Positions 57,351 through 64,000 of a DNA stretch of 64,000 nt are shown here, piece after piece (within the stretch, counting starts at the first letter, position 1; each line of letters opens with the position of its first letter). A model generated the notes under the pieces. The model saw only the letters and a program-made list of their open reading frames with translations, was not told the origin of the DNA and searched no databases. Origin of the DNA: Bacillota bacterium (GTDB taxonomy: Bacteria > Bacillota > Clostridia > RUG12999); assembly GCA_030705675.1 (NCBI GenBank), contig JAUZPZ010000001.1, positions 364-64,363 on the forward strand, read 5' to 3'. The position numbers and the translations under genes are program-made.

Positions 57351-59102
57351 ATGTCATTTGATAATAACAAATTGGGTGAGCTTCGCCCTAATCAAATTAT
57401 TACTACCTTCGGCCCAGGCTCAATCGTTGATGCCGTCAAGGATTCCGTAACGATTCTTGATATCAACTATTGGTCAGAAAAAGGAAAGAAGATCATTGAT
57501 GGTCGGCTAGCATCGTATTTGGGCGTTAATTGCTTTTATATGCCGCGAACCTCTCACAATGGTGATATTCCTGTAACTACTTTCCCTTATATGCATGTCT
57601 GCTCAAATTTGAAATGTGGTAGATTGTTTGACATGCGTGAAATGTTTGATCTTGATTCCTATTTGCGATTCGGGGTTACTTGCCCAGATTGCCACAGAAC
57701 CGCATATCCATCTCGTTTTATTACGATTTGCGAAAATGGTCATATGGGCGACTTCCCGTGGCAATGGTGGGTACATCAAGGAGATACCTCATGTAAAGGA
57801 AAGCTGAAAATGTACTCAACAGGCAACACTTCCACTTTGGCAGATATGTGGGTCGAGTGTATGACTTGCGGTGCAAAGAGAAGTATGAGCGGTGCTACAC
57901 AGCGCGACAATTTTGACGGCATGAAATGTTCTGGACATCATCCGTTCAGACCGAATGCCAAAAACGAAAAATGTGATAAGCCACTTCTCCCGTCGCAACG
58001 CGGTGCTTCTAATGTGTATTTTTCTGTTAGCAGAAGTGCCATTTCCATTCCACCGTGGATTAACCCCCTCTACAACCTCATAGATGAGCATCTTCGTCTC
58101 ATCGAAAACTACAAAGAGGACTTCGGCGAGGCAGGAATAATTAAAGTATATGAAAAGTACTTTTCTGTATTTACCAGAGAAGAATTTGATTCAGCCTTGG
58201 AACGTAGGTTAAATAACATAACCGAATTCACCGAGATTAAGAAGATGGAATACGATGCCATTACACATCATAACGATCCGGCGTATTCATCAAACAAAAA
58301 GCACTTCAAAGCAGAAGAAGATGAACTGCCGGCTGGCTTCAAGAAGTACTTTGAGAGAATCATTCGAGTGACAAGACTTCGTGAAGTTCGTGTTCTTCTT
58401 GGATTTACGCGTGTTGATGCACCGGACCCCGATGCAGATGTTCAAGCGAATATTGTTTATCTAAGCAAAGGCAAAGGAGAAAAATGGCTCCCCGCAGCAG
58501 AAATTAACGGCGAAGGCATTTTTATTGAATTTAACAAAGCTACCATAAACGCTTGGTTATCTAATGCACGGGTCAAAGCGTTATCACAAAAATACGAGGA
58601 ATGTTATAAGAAATTCTGTGAAGAAAAACAATGGACCATAACAGTTCCGAGAAATGCGGTCTATGTATTAATGCATACATTTGCACACTTATTGATAAAG
58701 CAAATGGCAATGTCATCGGGCTATTCATCTTCAGCAATCCGCGAAAGAATATACTTTGGTGAGTCAATGAACGGTATTTTGCTTTATACAGGTAGTGCCG
58801 ATAAAGAAGGCTCTCTAGGCGGTTTGGTCGAATTGGGCAATACCAATAAACTCATTTCACTGATGAGAGATGCATTCCAAGAGGCATTGCTTTGTACCAA
58901 TGATCCCGAATGCCTGAATACTACTCCCGCTGGAAACAACTCAAACGGAGCGGCTTGTCACTCCTGCTGCATGATTTCCGAAACTGCTTGTGAAAACGGG
59001 AATCGAATGCTTGACCGAGGCCTTGTAGTTCCGATTGCAAACAGGGATTCTCAGGCATACTTCAAAGAATTGGTGGGAGAACTATGTCAACTGGAAATTT
59101 GA
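57351..59102 (+). CDS. drmB: DUF1998-type zinc-binding protein, DrmB-like
   Basis: 583 aa; several CxxC clusters and a C-terminal ACHSCCMISETACENGNRMLDRGLV signature of the DUF1998/MrfA Zn domain. Confidence 0.75.
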   Translation: MSFDNNKLGELRPNQIITTFGPGSIVDAVKDSVTILDINYWSEKGKKIIDGRLASYLGVNCFYMPRTSHNGDIPVTTFPYMHVCSNLKCGRLFDMREMFDLDSYLRFGVTCPDCHRTAYPSRFITICENGHMGDFPWQWWVHQGDTSCKGKLKMYSTGNTSTLADMWVECMTCGAKRSMSGATQRDNFDGMKCSGHHPFRPNAKNEKCDKPLLPSQRGASNVYFSVSRSAISIPPWINPLYNLIDEHLRLIENYKEDFGEAGIIKVYEKYFSVFTREEFDSALERRLNNITEFTEIKKMEYDAITHHNDPAYSSNKKHFKAEEDELPAGFKKYFERIIRVTRLREVRVLLGFTRVDAPDPDADVQANIVYLSKGKGEKWLPAAEINGEGIFIEFNKATINAWLSNARVKALSQKYEECYKKFCEEKQWTITVPRNAVYVLMHTFAHLLIKQMAMSSGYSSSAIRERIYFGESMNGILLYTGSADKEGSLGGLVELGNTNKLISLMRDAFQEALLCTNDPECLNTTPAGNNSNGAACHSCCMISETACENGNRMLDRGLVVPIANRDSQAYFKELVGELCQLEI

Positions 59103-59743
59103 ATCTTGACTTGTTTCTAAATGAACTGTTGGAATCTGCTCAAATCGAACCGAAAAAAGCTGTAGATGCATTAAAAAAGAGATATCCTGCGCTGCACGAC
59201 AAAGAAGCACAGGAAATATGTTCACTGGTACTTTCCACTGAAAATGAAAAACGACACGAGTCCGTTTCTTTAGCGGTTACTGCACCACCTTCATTTTCCA
59301 TCAAAGCAAAATCAACAAAAAACACAGTTGATGGAATGCTGAAAAATGCAAAAAAGAGCATTTTTATTACAGGCTATTCTTTGTCTGATTACTTTGCCGA
59401 TTTGGTTGATACCATCATTCAGAAAAGCCAGTCAGGTGTTTTTGTAGAGTTTTTCATTAACAACATTGAAGCACAAAAAAATGTTGATAAGTTGAGCCGT
59501 TACAAGGGGCGCTTCCTGAAAATTTATAACTACGCTCCAGGACGTGATTCGATGTCGGCTTTGCACGCAAAAGTTATTTCTGTAGATGGAAGGGAAACTT
59601 TGATTACTTCAGCTAATCTGTCATATCATGGGCAAGAAGGCAACATTGAGTTAGGCACTTATATTCATTCCGAAAAGATTGCACAACAAGTAAAGGAAGT
59701 TTTTACTCAATTGGTGTTCAAGAAAATATTTTTGGAAGTGTAA
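59084..59743 (+). CDS. drmC: Phospholipase D-family nuclease, DrmC-like
   Basis: HKD motif ALHAKVISVDGRETLITSANLS; overlaps the drmB-like gene by 19 nt. Confidence 0.8.
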   Translation: MSTGNLNLDLFLNELLESAQIEPKKAVDALKKRYPALHDKEAQEICSLVLSTENEKRHESVSLAVTAPPSFSIKAKSTKNTVDGMLKNAKKSIFITGYSLSDYFADLVDTIIQKSQSGVFVEFFINNIEAQKNVDKLSRYKGRFLKIYNYAPGRDSMSALHAKVISVDGRETLITSANLSYHGQEGNIELGTYIHSEKIAQQVKEVFTQLVFKKIFLEV

Positions 59744-59806
59744 AATACGGAGGTTAAAAATGACATCACTTGAGAAGTTAGAAGAAATAATAAATTTGAG
59801 CGTGAT

Positions 59807-59880
59807 AGTGTAACCGTGGCAAGCAAAATGTAACCGACTGGGGGAGTATTGACCTTTCGTGTTATTGTATCAGCCTTTCG
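59807..59880. repeat. Right junction repeats (candidate attR): AGTGTAACCG, TGTAACCGACTGG, TGACCTTTCGTGT, GCCTTTCGGT
   Basis: The 10-mer at 59807-16 and the 13-mer at 59850-62 are identical to 1888-97 and 1911-23. 59852-73 resembles 1788-1812. Confidence 0.55.
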
Positions 59881-59898
59881 GTACTTGGGCAAAAGAGT

Positions 59899-59947
59899 AA
59901 CCATCTATTGATAGAATATTTCTATCGGTAGATGGTTTTCTTTTTTG
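59899..59947 (+). terminator. Rho-independent terminator at the right end of the element
   Basis: AACCATCTA...TAGATGGTT stem with an inner CTATTGATAGAA/TTCTATCGGTAG pairing, followed by TTCTTTTTT. Confidence 0.65.
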
Positions 59948-60256
59948 CCACAAGACTCATTAATCATGAGGTATTCAGGCGTTTTTCGCTTACTCATCGC
60001 CCTTCGGCAAGCACCGAAACGGCTGTCTTGAGCACCTGTAATTTTTAGCTCTTATGAGAGAGCCGTTTTTTTATTGCAGGAGGACGAAGCAATTTTTAAG
60101 TATGTAGCTGACAACCGCCTCGATATGCTCAGGCTGAGCCAACGCCAGCTCGGTATCTATTTCGGCGACCTTCACATCTTTTATATCACTCGTCATCTTC
60201 GCCGTGTCGATATCCTGCTACCTCCCAAAGGGCACAAAAAAAGACGAGTACCGAAG

Positions 60257-60328
60257 TGATATAATCCCCCTAAAGTATCTCTTGAAATTTTTATTATTTC
60301 AAGTGTCTACGCTAGGGGGATTATATCA
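60257..60328. repeat. Nested inverted repeat in the host intergenic region
   Basis: 16-bp perfect IR TGATATAATCCCCCTA / TAGGGGGATTATATCA enclosing the CTTGAAAT...ATTTCAAG hairpin. Confidence 0.6.
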
Positions 60329-60418
60329 AAAGTAGACGTCTTAATATTTGTATTATAATCAATTCAGCAAATTGAAATTTGTTCACTTAATAATCGTTCG
60401 CTAAAAGACTTATTTTCC

Positions 60419-61501
60419 CTACATGGCATTTTTCTCCATACACACTTTGTTCCGCCCTGCACGCTTAGCGGCATAGACAGCTTCATCCGCTCGGACGATT
60501 ACCTTTTCATAGTTTAGAGCCTGCTCTCCGCCACAGTAGGTAGCACCAATACTGACGGTGATGCAACGCCCATCCATATCTGTGCTTTGTACGGCAATCC
60601 GCAGGCTTTCTGAAACGAAAAAAATTTCCTTTTCACTGTATCCATAGGCCAGTGCCACAAATTCTTCACCGCCATAGCGATAGAAGTGTAGCCGAAAACC
60701 CTGCGTGAATTTTGTTAGTGTTTCGCCCAGACGATTCAGACATCTGTCACCGGCGGTGTGACCGTAGTTGTCATTAAAATCCTTGAACTGATCAATATCC
60801 AATATTAAAATTCCAGAGGGCTTTTCTGCGTCCGTTGTTTCCAGGGCCGCCAGAGTTTCAAACAGCTTGCGGCGGTTGTATAGACCTGTCAGCACATCAG
60901 TCTCTTTTTCAATAATCAGCAGGCGGTCTGCCTCATAACTTTCTAAACGAACCCGTATCATCATATTGCCGAAGAAGCACCCCCAAATAGCAAAACACAA
61001 GCAATTGATTGTATCGTCGAGTACATACTGTGGTTTCAGGTAAAATGCCAAAATCGTATGCACCGCAAACCAAAAGGTAACAAACAGGTTCATACGGACA
61101 GGACGGTCGATAAAACCGAGAGGCATAATGCAGAACACGCCCAGCAGAATTGTCGCCCGCATATTAGGCGAGTGAATTACGCTGAGAAAGATAGCCAACA
61201 GAAAGAATATAGAAAAGCAGATATACAGCGCACAAATAGTGTACTTTTTCATAACTGGTAGCTTAAATAGAAAAAACACAGCAAAATAGATCACGAATGC
61301 CAACAAATAGGCGGGGACAACGTTTTTATTAGTGTTACTGAAGAGTACTGCCAACAACGGCAGCAACATCAGCAACCCTCCCATTAGTGTCAGTATTAAT
61401 ATCATCTTTTGATTATACTCTTCAATGGACTTGCGGTTGTTAGATGCAAGCTGCATATAGGTTTTTTCTTGATTCCAAAATATATTCGACCATTTTCCCA
61501 T
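60419..61501 (-). CDS. Membrane-anchored diguanylate cyclase (GGDEF domain)
   Basis: ~190 aa of hydrophobic helices followed by DIDQFKDFNDNYGHTAGD and RYGGEEF motifs; GAGGTGA RBS. Confidence 0.85.
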   Translation of the reverse strand: MGKWSNIFWNQEKTYMQLASNNRKSIEEYNQKMILILTLMGGLLMLLPLLAVLFSNTNKNVVPAYLLAFVIYFAVFFLFKLPVMKKYTICALYICFSIFFLLAIFLSVIHSPNMRATILLGVFCIMPLGFIDRPVRMNLFVTFWFAVHTILAFYLKPQYVLDDTINCLCFAIWGCFFGNMMIRVRLESYEADRLLIIEKETDVLTGLYNRRKLFETLAALETTDAEKPSGILILDIDQFKDFNDNYGHTAGDRCLNRLGETLTKFTQGFRLHFYRYGGEEFVALAYGYSEKEIFFVSESLRIAVQSTDMDGRCITVSIGATYCGGEQALNYEKVIVRADEAVYAAKRAGRNKVCMEKNAM

Positions 61502-61792
61502 ACTATCTCACCTCAATCTATTTGCAATAGATATTTAAATCCATCTTACAATTTTTAGTTTGTCGATTAATGTCATATAATGAGTATACCACAAAATATT
61601 TAAGATGTCCATTGACAAATTTTCTCAAATCCAGTTATTACTTTAAGATATATTGAAATTGAAAAAAACTTTATGCAAAGATAAAGACGTAGGAAATAGG
61701 TATGATGTTTCTTCTTATAGCGTGTAAGCTCTTTTGATAATCAATATAAACCGCTAAAAAAACAGCCGCCGGTTATGGCGACTGTTATCTAT

Positions 61793-62380
61793 TTAAACTA
61801 TAAGCAGCGGCTGAATTTGTACTCCTTGTTGTGCGGAAACTATTGTATCCGGTATAAGCTCCATACGGGAAACCAGAGAAGTCGGTTTTTTTTCATAATC
61901 ATCTTGACGGTAAGGAACAATATACATATTTTTACTGTTCATTAAAAGTCCTAAATTTTTTGAAGTATTGCTTAAACCGTCATTCGAGGAAACTCCTATA
62001 ACAACAGGCCTTCCGTTGCGTAAATGGGCTTTTGCCGCCATGGTTACGCAGCTGTCGGTTATTCCAAGAGCCAGTTTTGTGAGCGTATTGCCGGTACATG
62101 GAGCAATAACAAGAATATCAAGAAGTTTTTTTGGTCCTATTGGCTCGGCTTCACGTATAGAGGAAATTATTACCTCCTTACCTGTTATTTTTTTTACTTC
62201 ACTTTGAAAATATTCCGCCGTGCCAAATCGTGTATCGGTGGATGCGGTAATTTCACTCATTATAGGTGTTACATCCGCACCGCATTCAACAACTGCTTTT
62301 AGGGCTTCAAGAGTTTTTGATAAGGTACAAAAGGAACCTGTGAGTGCAAACCCGACACGGACTCCGCTTAAATCGGTCAT
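61793..62380 (-). CDS. dpaB: Dipicolinate synthase subunit B (SpoVFB)
   Basis: 195 aa flavoprotein-like, VGFALTGSFCT...IAPCTGNTLTKLA; follows and overlaps dpaA by 4 nt. Confidence 0.85.
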   Translation of the reverse strand: MTDLSGVRVGFALTGSFCTLSKTLEALKAVVECGADVTPIMSEITASTDTRFGTAEYFQSEVKKITGKEVIISSIREAEPIGPKKLLDILVIAPCTGNTLTKLALGITDSCVTMAAKAHLRNGRPVVIGVSSNDGLSNTSKNLGLLMNSKNMYIVPYRQDDYEKKPTSLVSRMELIPDTIVSAQQGVQIQPLLIV

Positions 62381-63267
62381 ACTGTCACCTCCCTGTCAAG
62401 TTCACGAATCATGTTAAACACCGTATCGGAAATTATTTTACCTGAGGTTTCGGGCGCAACCTTGCCCGGAAGAGCCGTTGCCCATATGACTTTAAGGCCA
62501 AGCCTTCTGGCGCACTCAAAGTCTAAACCACCCGGTTTTGAAGCAAGGTCTATTATAAGGGTATCTGAGTGTACAAAAGATAATATTTCTTCGGTAAGAA
62601 GCCTGAAAGGAACGGTATTAAAAATTATGTTGTATTCGGAAATGTTGCGTATTATGTCAGATGTTTCGATAGAGTTGATATCGGCGCATTCAATTAATGC
62701 CAAATCAGATGGCTTACGGGCACTGCATGTAACTTTTGCGCCAAGATTTTTAAGCATTTTTGCGAGAAGTTTTCCTATTCTGCCATAGCCTATAACAAGA
62801 CAGCGGCTATTGTGAATAGTGAAGGGGGTTTCGGACATAGCAGTTTGCAAAGCGCCTTCGGCGGTAATCAAGGCGTTTTTTATTGTAAGCTCTTCACGCT
62901 GAAAATAGTCATAACATGTAATGTTTTTTCGATCGGCAGCCTCTATTATTTCCTTGCTGATTTTTCCTCCGAATATAAAAGTTGATGGAAAAGCAGCGGA
63001 AATTACTGATGAAATAGAAATTTCATGTGATGAATATGGAGCGTAAATATTTATTCCGTCATATGAGGAAGGTAATCCGAAAACAATTGCCTCAGCACCA
63101 GAAACGGCCATCTCAAGAGACTTTTCCTCGGTTATACCGAAACACTCATAACAGTATTCGTAACTGTCAAATCCGTAAACGGAAAGCGAAGCGCACTTCT
63201 CGCGGGTAAAACGCGCCGCTTCAGGCATGCGTAAATCTCCGCCTATAAAAGCAATTTTATTAAGCAT
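62377..63267 (-). CDS. dpaA: Dipicolinate synthase subunit A (SpoVFA)
   Basis: 296 aa with Rossmann motif VIGYGRIGKLLAKML; AAGGAG RBS. Confidence 0.85.
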   Translation of the reverse strand: MLNKIAFIGGDLRMPEAARFTREKCASLSVYGFDSYEYCYECFGITEEKSLEMAVSGAEAIVFGLPSSYDGINIYAPYSSHEISISSVISAAFPSTFIFGGKISKEIIEAADRKNITCYDYFQREELTIKNALITAEGALQTAMSETPFTIHNSRCLVIGYGRIGKLLAKMLKNLGAKVTCSARKPSDLALIECADINSIETSDIIRNISEYNIIFNTVPFRLLTEEILSFVHSDTLIIDLASKPGGLDFECARRLGLKVIWATALPGKVAPETSGKIISDTVFNMIRELDREVTV

Positions 63268-63300
63268 GGAAAATATCTCCTTTTCAATTTATCCATACCA

Positions 63301-63328
63301 TATATTATGCCGCGAAAAAGTCTTTGGT
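63301..63328 (-). promoter_or_regulatory. SigK-type promoter candidate for dpaAB
   Basis: Minus strand AC-N17-CATAATATA matches the B. subtilis SigK consensus AC-16/17-CATANNNTA, ~35 nt upstream of the dpaA ATG. Confidence 0.4.
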
Positions 63329-63524
63329 GAGTTTAAATAAGGGAGGATAAGAGAGAAGTTTTGTTTGATTAAAAGGCATAAATTGTACTTTTTTTGTTGA
63401 CATCTTGTTTTGACTTCCCAAAACCATCTTTTAGTACTACCTTAGAATAGGCCGCGGTTTTCTGGAATGAAAGTACGGGTACGGTGGAAATCACAACTTA
63501 AAAGCAGAGAATAAAACCATATTT

Positions 63525-63569
63525 TAAGAGGACAGGCGGCTAAATTTACTATAGCCACCTGTCCTCTTA
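63525..63569. terminator. Hairpin between spoIIP and dpaA
   Basis: TAAGAGGACAGGCGGC / GCCACCTGTCCTCTTA stem (one mismatch) with a 13-nt loop; flanking A/T-rich runs are only moderate. Confidence 0.4.
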
Positions 63570-63656
63570 AAAATATTATATTTATTTTTTGAGGAAACGG
63601 TCAAATTTTTTTATCCAGAAAATTATCTTAATTCTAAATGGCAACAGTTTTATAAG

Positions 63657-64000
63657 TCATCCCTTCTTTATTTCTTTAATAGTGGCGTTAAGCGCGTTCG
63701 CAAGATATTTTGCGGAAACAAGCGCTTCGTCGAGAGTATTTCCGTTTGTTCCCACCTCAACTATCAGAGAGCCGCGTGTAAACTGCTGGTTAAATCTTGA
63801 TGTACGCAGGTCTATAGGTCTCGCAAGAGACGGACTGCACTCAATTAAATTGCTTTGCAGCATGGTTGCAAATTTCAGGTTGTCACGCCAGTGTGGGTGG
63901 GAAAATCCGCATTCGTCAGTACCCACTACAAGCATTATCTGGGCTGCCTTCTCTCCATTTACATCACCCGTGAGTTTTATTTTTTCCCCCGAATTGGAGT
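63657..64000 (-). CDS. spoIIP: Stage II sporulation protein P, C-terminal part (gene continues past the window end)
   Basis: HPHWRDNLKFA...RFNQQFTRGSLIVEVGTNGNTLDEAL pattern; the reading frame stays open to position 64000. Confidence 0.7.
   Translation of the reverse strand, partial: SNSGEKIKLTGDVNGEKAAQIMLVVGTDECGFSHPHWRDNLKFATMLQSNLIECSPSLARPIDLRTSRFNQQFTRGSLIVEVGTNGNTLDEALVSAKYLANALNATIKEIKKG

Larger units (their letters stand above)
1888..59862. mobile_element. Integrated ~58 kb element: contractile-tail prophage (2.0-42.2 kb) plus + strand defence arm (42.4-59.8 kb)
   Basis: Serine recombinases lie next to the left repeat, with a full phage structural, replication and lysis gene set. 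Imperfect direct repeats sit at both ends, and host sporulation/tRNA genes lie outside. Confidence 0.6.

Noticed and set aside
43037-58767. Short antisense or internal ORFs inside the defence arm (for example 43373..43651, 44911..45165, 48391..48711, 51428..51988, 52830..53129, 55155..55427)
   Set aside because: They are embedded in long + strand genes with strong motifs and tight translational coupling, have no RBS, and have low-complexity AT-rich codon content.
60074-60259. ORF 60074..60259 (+) as a gene
   Set aside because: It has no RBS and odd composition, and a competing minus-strand frame covers the same DNA, so neither can be supported.
59863-60420. A host gene split by the element, as in the sporulation-gene interruptions known for skin, SPbeta and vfbin
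   Set aside because: I looked for a reading frame continuing from 1746-1888 into 59863-60420 on either strand. I found only short frames, including a 41-codon minus-strand ORF ending at about 60074 and ORF 60074..60259 (+), with no recognisable family. dpaB nearby is intact, so there is no support for a split gene.
1-64000. CRISPR arrays, rRNA genes, IS transposases, reverse transcriptases (retron/DGR), toxin-antitoxin pairs
   Set aside because: I scanned for regularly spaced direct repeats and for characteristic protein motifs in the ORF track and saw none. The periodic repeats that do exist (ACCTTTCGTGT, TGGTAC, GCGTCAA) are too short and too few to be CRISPR arrays.

Overview
The window comes from a low-GC, spore-forming Firmicute, probably a Clostridia-type host. 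Host flanks carry tRNA-Val, tRNA-Leu and a zinc-ribbon gene on the left, and a GGDEF cyclase, dpaA/dpaB (spoVFA/spoVFB) and spoIIP on the right. About 58 kb between roughly 1.9 and 59.9 kb appears to be one integrated element, bracketed by an imperfect direct repeat (AGTGTAACCG-N13/33-TGACCTTTCGTGT).

Part 1 of the element (2.0-42.2 kb, all genes on the - strand) is a contractile-tail, PBSX/Xkd-like prophage. It has two tandem large serine recombinases, a lysis cassette, baseplate, tape measure, a chaperone with an A_AAA_AAC -1 frameshift site, tube and sheath. It also has an HK97-type head module, HNH/TerS/TerL packaging genes and a PolA/primase/SNF2/VRR-NUC replication module. A five-gene cargo sits between terS and terL: a C5-methyltransferase that looks multi-TRD, a ParB-fused N6/N4 methyltransferase and a SAM synthetase, plus two small genes.

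Part 2 (42.4-59.8 kb, all genes on the + strand) is visibly more AT-rich. It is a tightly coupled 11-gene defence arm driven by a consensus sigma-70 promoter with operator-like repeats. It contains a three-gene ABC-3C-type module (effector with a degenerate HNH, small middle component, DUF2326/YydD-like coiled-coil ABC ATPase) and an XRE HTH. These are followed by a DISARM-like operon: C5-MTase, SNF2 DrmD-like, N6/N4 MTase, a nested type III Res-like helicase-nuclease, then DrmA-like, DUF1998 DrmB-like and PLD DrmC-like genes.

No CRISPR array, rRNA or IS element was seen. All family assignments rest on motifs read by eye and on synteny; no database search was run.
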